A stretch of 64,000 nucleotides of DNA from Haplodiscus bocki (Eukaryota). Both the position numbers and the translations under genes were made by a program. Position 1 is the stretch's first letter. Every line of letters begins with the position of its first letter. Below are positions 50,076 through 60,735 of this stretch, one piece after another. The stretch lies in assembly GCA_965655095.1 (NCBI GenBank), contig OZ296650.1, positions 1,426,001 through 1,490,000 of the forward strand, read 5' to 3'. The notes beneath the pieces were generated by a model that was not told the DNA's origin, made no database searches, and saw only the letters and a list, made by a program, of their open reading frames with translations.

Positions 50076-52569
50076 TGAGCTAAATCATTATCGTGTCGAT
50101 AAAATATGGCCTAAAAAGGCTGAAAAAAGCGCTAATATGCCTGATGCAGAAGTGTTGTCTGCTTCACAAAGCGTGATAAAAGTTGTACAACAACTAACAA
50201 GCATTACAATAACTAAATGGTGAATCAAAATTGCAAGTAACAACCGATCGAGTTTTATACTGTTAACGAAGCAAAAGTATTGACTAAACCGTGGCCGCTC
50301 GTGGTTAATTTCGTCAAATACCAATCGATCAATATTACATTGAGACAAGTTTGCAAGTCGGGTTCATCCACCATTTGCTGTTCTTGTTTCAGGCAAATGT
50401 CACTGTAATAACTACTAGAACTAGTCGATTCTACGTCGTTCATGGCAAAGGCAGACAGATTTCGGAAACGTGTTGCCTGTGCGGAAGAAACCAGACTGTT
50501 TGTCAAATCAGAAAATTTCAAATCGCTAGAAAGGAAAGTTATCGAAGCGTTGACAATCATCAACGTCCAATATAAAAGACCCGAAAAATGCACCAAGAGC
50601 TTGCTGTTTCTAGAACATTTTTCACCTGCTAATGTATAAAGGTAACCAGGCTCCACATTTTTGTTGTTCATGTAGCCATACGCATCATGAAAAAATTGCA
50701 TGCATAGTAAAAATTTTCGAAAACTACAAGTAATTATGGAGAAGACTGTCGCCTGCTCCAATTTTACCTCCGAATGGTACCCTTGAATTGACTTCATGCA
50801 AGTCCAAAGTCTCATCCATCCAGAAACAGACTTCGAGTGAAGCATCTTCAGAAGTTAAATTTTTTGGAAACCAAAAAGTAACTTTCACAAAGTTTTCGCA
50901 AAAAATCTCTGGAGAAAACATTTTCATTCCCCAATTTTGAAAAGAAGCGAGCGACTGTTTCACAGCGAAACTTTCACAGAAATGTGGTGTCAAGAAGTGT
51001 AACCGAGTCATGAAGAGATAAAAATTGTGGACTATAGTTATTCGATTCTTGGGTTGTCGGACCGATGAGATGAGGTGGATGATTGAGGCATTCAAAAGGC
51101 GTGCATTACTTATTAGTTACACCCAAATCAGTATCCAAGGTACGACTGTGTTCAGACAAGTGAAGTCGCGCTACTCCTTTTTGCAGAAGTTCGATGAAAG
51201 ACATTACGCCGTCTTTCAACGGCGCGTCTGACTTTTCAAGATCAATCGTTGAAAAAGAAACAATGCCTTCTCTAGTATCACCAGACGCTTCCAACGGATT
51301 GTGCTTCTCATACTGCTACGTACAATTGAAGTTGAAACCAGGTCCCTCTGTCGTCTTCTCATTAGGGATTGCATCTTATGACCAGAACGGCAATCGTGTT
51401 TAATTTCTTTGTTTCTGCTCTGAGGCAAATTTCGGGATATGAAACAGCCAGCAATTCAACATAAGCGTTTTGAGCTGTGGATAAAACCTGGATAAAAGTT
51501 TCCTCTAAAAACTTTTCCGCGTTGACACAAGCTGGAATGAATGGCAAAGTATAATGATGATTTCACGGCAGCGTTTGGCTAAATCCGTCCAGGTGCCCAA
51601 AGTTGGCAGCGACTTCCTGATGTTGTCTGCTGACTTATTGATCGTTCTGCGAGCACATTAAGGTCCTAAGAACATTCCACAAACTCGGATGCACTGAGTC
51701 AGGAAATGTTTGTCCCGTAGTTTCAAAAAGATTCTGAACTCTCGTATTTTCATGGGTAAATAGGAGCAACCAAAAGTTCGATGGAACTTCTCTGAAAACA
51801 TTAGTCATTGGTTTCAACTGTCAAAATCAGAAAGCAACTGATTGTGGGCTGAATTTGCGTGAAAATGAGCCGCCCCAGAGTTCTCGTTATTTAACTCGCG
51901 TCAAAGTCTGGAACTTTTGGTCCACTCACTGAGATTTTCCATCAACAGGGAAGAAAAGCAGACTCGGCACAGTCACGATCCCTTATGCAACGCTCCAATC
52001 AGTTGAAATACGGGAGTGTGTTGGGTGTGCTAGCAAAATGTAAAATATTTTCAACACGATACTCCTGGTAACGTTTTCACTAGGTTTCCTCCATTTCCAG
52101 TTGTGACTGAATTTGACAAAAATCAAACGCTTGAGAGAAACGTATTTTACAATGTTACCGCTTCGTGCCTCGAAAGGTGAGTTTTGCCTTGTTAAGTCCT
52201 GAGGCGGTTCTGTGCATTATTTCTACTTTCAAAATCGAAAAATCTCGAAAGTTTGAGGATTTTATATTTTGTAGAACCACTTTCACAATTTCACTGCTGA
52301 ACAAATAAATGTCGAATTATTCGTGGAGGTTTCAAAAAGGACATTTAGTGTACGTGGTCAACAAAACCGAGTTTCAGTTGATTTTTCACTTTACCTGTTT
52401 GACTTGGAAAAATTTTCGGCTCGGGAGTCAAAAATTGCATTTAACCTCCCATCCTTCCAACTGACATATAAACAAAAACGACTCCTTGAAAAATATATCC
52501 TTGTGCACCTCTAGAACCAACTCTACAGATTCAGCAAACACTAGAGGGAAAATTGAAGATCAAAAGCTC

Positions 52570-52975
52570 CATTAACACAATGACATTACAGAAACGACTA
52601 TCACTTCAAAGACGGAAACACAAAACCAAGGAAAATGAAAAACAAGAATGTTGTCCCCAACAAAAAAAATAAAAACACATTAGCATTTATTGCTACAACC
52701 TTTTTTCCCCTTACATTGTCTATCACAGAATTGGGACTGACACTAATACCAATATCAACTGGAACTGCACGTCTACAATCATTAGGAAAGTTTTAGGAGC
52801 TAATTATTATTAAACATAGAACGTAACAGAAATCGAGAGAGCTCAACAAACCCTTGCATCTGTTGATATATGATATAGAAAAACTTTACAAAATATTGTA
52901 ATAGATAAAAAACTATAAGAAACGTCAGGTAAAGTTTCAGTAAAAATGTTGAAGAAAATGAAAATGTTTTTTTAA
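52570..52975 (+). pseudogene. Conserved small hydrophobic protein (element D)
   Basis: FIATTFFPLTLSITELGLTLIPISTGTA aligns with GSTTSETLSVTDVGLVVVLISAG of element B. Confidence 0.5.
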
Positions 52976-53329
52976 AAAAAATTGAAAAAGTATTTATCAT
53001 AATATTTCCAAAAGTATCAAATAAAACTTAAATTTGTATACAGAGAGGTGGCCAGAAAGGCTCTGCGAGAACAATTTCATAGAACTTTTTCCCAGAATAA
53101 GTCTCCGATAGCTCATTTTTCATTACCAAGACAATGACAATCCTTTTTTTGTAAAAGTTTCACTAATATTTCGAAAGATAATGAATTTCATTGCAAGAAA
53201 TATAAATGAAAGGATTGTTTGAAGTAAAATGAAGAGTTCGCCAGAAAAATATTTTAGCTCACAATGGTTACCAAGACATAAATGTGAAAATAGGAAGAAA
53301 GATATCAATAAAAATGGAAAAAAAATAAT

Positions 53330-53940
53330 AGAAAGTTGATTGTTGGAACTTCGTTTTCAAGGAAAACTAATCTCCTATTGGAAAACTAGAAAAATAGGGA
53401 TATTCGTCCGACGAGGGAATCACTTCTCTGAAGCGATAACAACGAAGTTCGTTCCATTCGAAAAAGAAGATAAATCCATAATAACCACATATCCCGAGAA
53501 ATACGAGGATGAAGATGGTTTACGTAAGGCAACTGAAGAAAATTGAGATAGTGAAAAAGTAAAGGAAGTATCGAAGTTTTTGAAGAAAGTGTAGATGCTA
53601 ATCATCAGTCAAATTGACCCATTTTCACAAGAGAAAGACAAAAAAGATATAAGTCTATTGATTATCCTAATCCTATATAGATTGGTCAGAAAGAACTATG
53701 AGAAACACTAGTATAAAAAATATTTATACAGACTCTAAAGGAGAATAAAAGTTTTAGAGAAATCCCACAATTTGATAGAAGTCATGATGAAATCAAGGAT
53801 CTTTGTAGAGAAACATGTAAAGATGAAGATTAAAAGTATCTTCAACTTGATAGATATGAAGAAGTGAACAAAAAACTGTATTTGTAACGAGAACAACTCA
53901 ACATTATTAAATGCATACCACAAACAAGCCATTCCTAAAA
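53330..53940 (+). pseudogene. Packaging ATPase remnant (element D)
   Basis: IITTYPEKY...QIDPF...SYIDWSERTMRN...HDEIKDLCRE..KYLQLDR...ICNEN; collinear with the B ATPase. Confidence 0.55.
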
Positions 53941-54024
53941 TTATGCAATGTACGAGTTCAGCAGAGAAAAAATGATGTGAAGGTATACTAGAAACAAACC
54001 CTTTTTAAAACTGTAAACAAGATG

Positions 54025-54490
54025 AGATATTCTATCAAAAAAAAAACAGAAGAATCAGATGCGTTAATAGAATTCAGTTAAAGGAGCAGTTGAAAAAGTA
54101 CGTTAATGAGAAAAATTAGGTGGACAGGATGTTCATTAATATGCCCAATAAGGTTTCGAAACAATTACCAAAAACAGTTACAGACAGGTGAAAAACTACT
54201 TGTTGGAACTTGTTCTGGAACAAAAGCATTTCAGAAAATGAGAGATATTTTTTTTCCATTGTCAATGAATATATCTCTCATTTCCTGAAATGCTTTTGTT
54301 CCAGAACAAGTTCCAACAAGTAGTTTTTCACCTGTCTGTAACTGTTTTTGGTAATTGTTTCGAAACCTTATTGGGCATCTTAATAAACATCCTGTCCACT
54401 TAATTTTTCTCATTAACGTACTTTTTCAACTGCTCCTTTAACTGAATTCTATTAAAGCATCTGACTCTTGTTTTTTTTGATAGAATATCT
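54025..54490. repeat. Near-perfect long inverted repeat (about 220-bp arms, 22-nt spacer)
   Basis: 54025-54248 is reverse-complementary to 54271-54490; mirrored ORFs 54106(+) and 54413(-) in the track confirm this. Confidence 0.95.
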
Positions 54491-54493
54491 AGT

Positions 54494-54579
54494 TATGCTA
54501 GTGGTAGCCGACCGTTTTTCGTCATTTTTTTTCCATTGTCAAAGAATATAACGAAAAACGGCCGGCTACCACTAGCATA
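54494..54579. repeat. Second hairpin (29-bp arms) with nearly the same spacer as the long palindrome
   Basis: TATGCTAGTGGTAGCCGACCGTTTTTCGT / ACGAAAAACGGCCGGCTACCACTAGCATA around TTTTTTTTCCATTGTCAAAGAATATA. Confidence 0.95.
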
Positions 54580-56156
54580 TTTCCCGCCTTCCCATTTCGG
54601 TAATACTGTTTTTTTGACAGAAAGCGATTTCTTCAAAACACTCTGTTTCTTCAGTTTCTTATTTCTACAACCAAAAAACTTTTGATTTCTAGCCCAAAAC
54701 CGTACAATTAAGGTGGAAGAGACAATTTCAGGAAATAATATCAACTGATACGAATTCTACAAAACATTGCCATATTTAACGATTTCTACAAAAAATTGCC
54801 ATATTTAACGATTTTGAAAGAAAAATTCCTCTCGAAAATACCCAACAACTTTCCTAAAAAATCGTATGATTTCAGTCGCATTCTACGGGAAAATTAGTAC
54901 AATTTGGTGGGAAAAAATCTAGTTCACAAACACGAACGAAAATCATTTACCGTGCGTAAACACAATTGGCAAACAACGGGTAAAAAAACTTTCCAATGGA
55001 GAGGAACTATTTTTCCGATAATTTATAAACACGGCGGAAAATACTTAAGAAAAATGAGCTTTTATTTGAACAAAAACTGCAAATGTAACTGGACTTGTTA
55101 GAAAAAAAGAGTTATTTTGAGAAATATCGTGATGATGGTGGTCAGAGTAAAGACCTTAAGCTAAAAAAATGAAGGTAATGATTGAAGGTTGAAAAACATT
55201 AATTTTTGCAGTACATGTAATATACAAGAAAAATTGTTCATTCAGTAGGGTCGCTTTTCTTTTTTTTCAGTCCGAAACTGCCAACTCTTTTTATTCAAAA
55301 ATAAAAGACAGCAATAGGGTTAGGACAACAGCGTTCTCCAGCAAAAGGTTTGGGGTTCGAGTCTCTCTCGTGCCAAAGAATTTTACGATTTATCCTCAAC
55401 ATTTTTTGATACCGGAAATTAGTGAAACACTAAAGGGTTCCTTTACGAAGTTTTTCGGCACTGTGAGACCAAACTTTTTCGACGGAAAAACGTGATACCC
55501 CCTACTATGCATAGAATTTTTCGATACCCCAAATTTTCTGAAACATTGAAGGGATGCCCACGAAATTTTTCGGGACTGAGACCAAAAATTTTCAACGCAG
55601 AAACGTGATACACCCCTTTTCAACCATGAAACTTTTCGAAACCAGAAATTTTCTCAAAAACAGTAAGATTCCCTTACGAAATTTTTCGGCACTGTGAGAC
55701 AAAAAAAATTCAACGGAGTTTAGTGATATCCCCTTCTTATGCATAAAATTTTGCGATACACGAAACTTTCTGAAACACAGAAGTGTTCCCCAACGAAATT
55801 TTTCGGTACTGTGTGACAAAAAGTTTTCGACGGAGAAACGCGATACTCCCCCCCCCCCCCCCCCACCTCTCATGCATACACTTTCTCGAAACCCGAAGTT
55901 ATCTGATACACCGAAGTGTTCCGCAACGAAATTTTCGGTACTGTGAGACCAAAAATTGTGAACAAAAAGTCGTGATACCCCCCACTCTTTTGCATAAAAT
56001 ATAGAAATCAGTGGTGGAATTGATGTTTGTAGAAAACTTTAACTTTCGCAAACTAGATTTTAAACAGTAGTCTCGTTTTTAACTGTGGGCAAACGTTGAT
56101 CAAAATATTTGTATTCCTGCGAAAAATATGCTGGTGCTAGCCGGCCGTCTTGTATA
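54551..56156. mobile_element. HINE-family composite insertion in element D with an internal tandem array
   Basis: Inverted ends ACGGCCGGCTACCACTAGCATATTTCCCGC and GCGAAAAATATGCTGGTGCTAGCCGGCCGTCTTGT; interrupts the conserved pre-MCP ORF; contains GGTTCGAGTC (B-box-like) at about 55354. Confidence 0.6.
55400..56000 (+). repeat. Tandem repeat, about 116-133 bp unit, about 5 copies
   Basis: TTTTCGG(C/T)ACTGTGAGAC...GTGATACCCC recurs at about 55451, 55566, 55682, 55799 and 55932. Confidence 0.9.
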
Positions 56157-56657
56157 TAATTTTTAGAGATTAGGATAAACCTAAATCTGATTTGAAAAAC
56201 GAGCCTCCTAACTCTAATGAAAAGAAGAGCCATTTTCGATAACAATTTGATCAAAAAAGCAGCCATTCTTATCAAATTATAATATAGAACAGAAGACTGA
56301 TTTTCAAAGGACATAGAATATACATTGGAAATTTGAAATTAGGAATTTGAAAAAAAACGAACCCAAGTATGACTAATCCACATCAGCTTCAACGTTCGCG
56401 AAGCGAACTTTCCGGACCGAACGTGCTCTCTGAGCCATCAAGGCTCTCAGAGCCAGTTCCAAAAATCTTCGTTTCAGAAAATCCAGATAAATTATGCTAT
56501 ACATTACAAATATTATTACACGTAAAGCAAGGTAGCAATGGCTCAAAAAGATTTGATAAAAATGTAGCTCCAATAGATAAAACATTTGAAAACATAGGTA
56601 TTACATCAAATCGGCACAAAAAAGTTTTATCAATTTTCATTCTACAAAAAAATTATC

Positions 56658-57200
56658 ATGTTCAAAATAAACGAAAGTTATAAAAAATATAGATCAATCT
56701 TGAAATTTCATTACATTCGTTACAATCTCCGTCATTATAAAGTATAGCTACACCATACGTTCCAAATTTCATTGATAAAAGAAGACAGTATTTTATTAGA
56801 AAGATAGTTATCTAGAAAATGATTCTGATGTTAAAATGTTGTTCCTCAAAATGGATAAGAAGATGGGGATCTCATAAGGTCAGTTAATTCAGATACTTCT
56901 GCTCATTTAGTGAAAATAAATTGACTACTATTAGTGAAAAACATTGAGAAAGCATTGATATTGCTCATATCATATGTTTAATGTACAAATTTTCAATAAA
57001 TTCTGAAGGTGGAAAAGTTTCAAGTTAGAAATTAGTTGGAAGACGTTTTAGGATTTGCTGAGCATCAGGAAAACGGTACATATGGATCAGGAGAAAATCA
57101 CAAGAAAAGAGTAGTGATTTTGTATCCAGTCATTCATTTGCTCCTGAAATTGCAGTCGGATGCCGCTCATCCCGATTTGTTAAGGCTACATATGCATGAA
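56658..57200 (+). pseudogene. Major capsid protein N-terminal remnant (element D)
   Basis: MFKINESYKKYRSILKFHYIRY...KEDS...DGDLIRSVN...SIDIAHIICLMYK...EDVLGFAEHQENGTYG; homologous to the B MCP. Confidence 0.7.
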
Positions 57201-57249
57201 ACTTATTAGAATGTATTAAAATCAAATATCGGAAATTTCGAATTCCATC

Positions 57250-59870
57250 CTATGGATCGCGACTGATTACTACTGACGTAGCATCAGATTTAGTTTAAAT
57301 TGTATTCAGATCTTTACCCATTTTAATATTTATTTTTTATAATATTTCATTACTTCTAGTTATTTCATCTTTAGGAGGCATCCAACCAGCTAATTTTGGT
57401 TAAAATTCTTTCAATTTTAACATCGTTTCTTGGTTCAGTATAGTCTTCTATTTCACTAAAATTATCATGAAGATATCGTAATCTTTTTTTCATGTATTAG
57501 ATGTAATTTTTCAAAGAACTCTTTTTTCAGTGATTTTGAAGTCTTTTTCATCCAAACATTTTGCTCATCTATTTGAGCTAGAGTCTAAAAATCTCTAAGC
57601 ATCAAAAAAATTGAGCATTCGTAAGTCACAAAAAGTTATCATTAGAAGTAGGAATTAGATTTAATTTTACCCAACTAGGTTTAGTAGTTATTTAAGTTTC
57701 AAAGAATCATATTTACTAAAAATATGGGAAAGTATTGTCAAAAATGAAGATGAAACTTTTTAGCAAATTGAATTATATGCTTTTTGGGCTGTTCCTCTGA
57801 AAATATTTTATTATATGGCAATGATTTTATACTTGTTTAGCCCATGTTGTGAGCTTTACTTCACGTAACCAAAAATTTTTGGATCTATGATATCCTTTTA
57901 CAGCTCTTTTACTCATAATCAACTCCTTATATATTCCATTAAAATATTCACAAACTTAAATTTCTAGTTCTTTCATTTCCTTTTCAAAACAAAGAATAAC
58001 ATCTCCAAAATAAAAATGATAACCAGATCGAATTATTTCAAGTATGTCTGATTGAATGCGATATCTAAAAGAGATAGAATTTTGAAGATTTAAAACATTA
58101 GAGTTTTCCGTTCTTTTCTCTGTACTCTGTTTACACATGGTCTCATTATCTGGATGACATGTAACAGGTAAACTAAACCTTTGATAAAATTTATTGCATG
58201 TAAAAGTTTTCTCTTTGGGAAAATTCATTCAACAATGCTCATTTTTTAAACAAAATCTTTTCTGCTCCAATGAAACAGGTAGGGACGTAAATGCAATCGT
58301 ACAAAGTCCACATGCATGAGTTTTATTATAATAATTAAAAACTTGAGAAAAATAAAACTTTTGAACTAAAGAAATGACCTCTTTATGAACCTGAATTAAC
58401 CGTCTTTTTACATTGTCCTTTATCAGCTTCCTGTTCTAAAGTTGTTCTTCCGATTGTCCTCAATTGTATCTCAAAGACCTACTGGCTTTCGTTATGACTG
58501 TCTTCAAGGTTGGCCTTTTGGTTGTCCTCAATTCTGTTGTTTGATATAGATAATTGTGTGAGTTTTATTATCTTACAAAGCAATAATATATTATATATAC
58601 AGATATATATATATAGAAAAGTTTTAGAGTTCCCCTGAAGCTTCAGTTTCATGAACATTTACTATATAACTGAGATCAATTCCCATTTAATCAAAAAACT
58701 TCTGATGGTTACTCACTCTATTTGAATTTTCTCTTGGTGGATGTAAATGAATTAGTATACTCCATATATCACACATATCATCCTGACTTTCATTATTGAT
58801 TCATTTTCTATGGGTATGATAACATATGATGCAGCTTTATCAACTCTTCCTTTAACTCAAGTTACTCAATAAATTATACTGAATGAATCTCCACTCTAAT
58901 CCGCTAAGTTCAATCTTTTCACTCTGGCTTTGCATTTCTGATTGAATATAAAGATTCATGAATTCCATCAGTTTTTACATATTCAAAAAGAAGACTAATA
59001 TCAAACTATCGCTCATTCCTATTCTCTCTGGAGTAAAACAAAAGTACACATTGAACTGGAAAAAAGTTTCAGCTATTAATTGACAATAACTATAAAATAT
59101 CTAAGACGGTAAATGCAATTGAATTTATTGGAATAGGCTTGGCCATATTTTTTCATTATGATTGAGATTTTTGCTATAACTTACTGTGGTTTAGCAGATT
59201 CCTGACGAGCAGATTGATAGTTCCAAATGCTGCCTCTGGAGGTAAAGCAAAAAAAAATATTTTTATTTATTTCGTTTTTATGAATTTCATGACATGTATT
59301 GGATTTTGAAAACGATGTTCTACATTCCTCAAAAAATCTTTCACTAGCATAACATTTTTCAGTTTTTCTATTTTTAATCCCTCGTTTATGTTTAACTGAA
59401 TTTATATATTTTTCCCAAAAGTTTCGTAAGACTGTTTCATCACATATTTCAAAGGTCCTGTTTTACAATTGCTACGACATTCGTCAAGTTGTAAAGGCTC
59501 ATCTTTTACCGATTTCTAAATGCTTTTTTACCATATTCCACATGCTCTTTTTCCACTTGTAAGTAAATGTCTCTTGGATTTATTATGCGTAAAGTAAGTA
59601 GTTTTTCATAACTCTACTCCGCAAGTCCTGCCAGGTTTATTGTTGTCAACATGTTTTTCCAATTAAAGTGGTTTACATTTATTGAAATTGAAACATATCT
59701 ACTCTGATCACTATCATATAAAAGGTATGATGACGAATTATAAAAAACTGAAATCAGTTTCAAAAAATCTTCACAAAATCCACCAAAAATCACAATTAGC
59801 ATATCCTTTAACATCCATATTAGATCTTACATTACCATATTTGTTTTATACCAATTTCAAGTTAATCGGT
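57250..59870 (-). pseudogene. pPolB N-terminal two-thirds (element D)
   Basis: Zn-finger remnants, AASYVIIPIENESI, FLDA*RFLDSS..KCLDEKDFKI, PPKDEITRSNEIL*KINIKMGKDL...KSD. Confidence 0.65.
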
Positions 59871-59899
59871 AAGTGATTGCAAGCGCTTCTAAGAATTGG

Positions 59900-60480
59900 T
59901 TCTTTCATATTCTCCAGCACAAACAGCAAAATTGAGAACACGATTGTCTGTATTAATTAATTCAACTTTCAATTGTTCTTGTTTCCGGAGTTTGATAATT
60001 GGATAATTTTTTAATATTGCTTCGTTTTATCTTCCCGGAAATGTTTCCAAATGGTAGGATGGAATTGAATCGTCTAAAAACTTTGTAATTCTAGAAAGTT
60101 CATGACTCCAATTTTTTGTATCTCCTCTAGAAAAAGTATAACGTGCATTACTCGTTCTCACTTTATCTTATATTTTAAACATCGGGTTTCTTTCTGACTT
60201 TCGTCTTCATTACTGTTGTATACTTCAGTTTCATTAAGTTTTAAAGTAGCCTGATTGGCGTCATATTTATAGAAGGATGTATACAAAATTACTTTTCAAA
60301 AGATCTAATGTTATTTCATCAGCCCAATTGGCATGTCCTTTTTAATAATTGGCTCCTTAAATAAACTTCGAATACTACTGTTATATCTTCCTACAAAGAG
60401 TGCTCCTTTGAGGTTTTTCGAATATATTTTTCAAAATCTTTATCGTTTAGCAAATCTGTGAAAAATTTGTGTGAAAAATT
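59900..60480 (-). pseudogene. rve integrase C-terminal half (element D)
   Basis: FSHKFFTDLLN...PMFKI*DKVRT...FSRGDTKNWSHELSRITKFLDDSIPSYHL..PGR*NEAILK. Confidence 0.8.
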
Positions 60481-60735
60481 ATGATATATTTGGAACTGTT
60501 TTAAAACATATTGACAACACTTGCACTTTGGATTAAATAGTTAGGAGACATTATGGAACACAAATTATTGCAGCGTAAAGATATATTTTAGTTGTGATCG
60601 ATAGTTGTAGTAAGCATGGATGGCGGATGCCACTGAACAACAAAAGGGCCCAAACAATAAACGACAATCGAAAATATTCTCAATTTCCTTTAAAAAAAAC
60701 CAATCCTAATTGAGGCTGATGATGGAGATCAAATT
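60475..60735 (+). pseudogene. rve integrase N-terminal half (element D), inverted
   Basis: KNYDIFGTVLKHIDNTCTLD...RYILVVIDSCSKHGWRMPLNNKRAQTI...LIEADDGDQ. Confidence 0.8.

Larger units (their letters stand above)
41175..51800. mobile_element. Polinton/Maverick provirus C (decayed, pPolB 5' half missing)
   Basis: pPolB C-half on plus, converging with ATPase, small ORFs, INT, penton, basic ORF, MCP and protease on minus; right boundary approximate. Confidence 0.9.

Noticed and set aside
50255-51817. Minus-strand ORF pieces upstream of the C ATPase
   Set aside because: Probably Polinton accessory genes, but no function can be supported from the sequence.
55400-56000. Regularly spaced repeats as a CRISPR array
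   Set aside because: The whole unit repeats with no unique spacers, there are no cas genes, and the context is eukaryotic. The same applies to 27100-27650.
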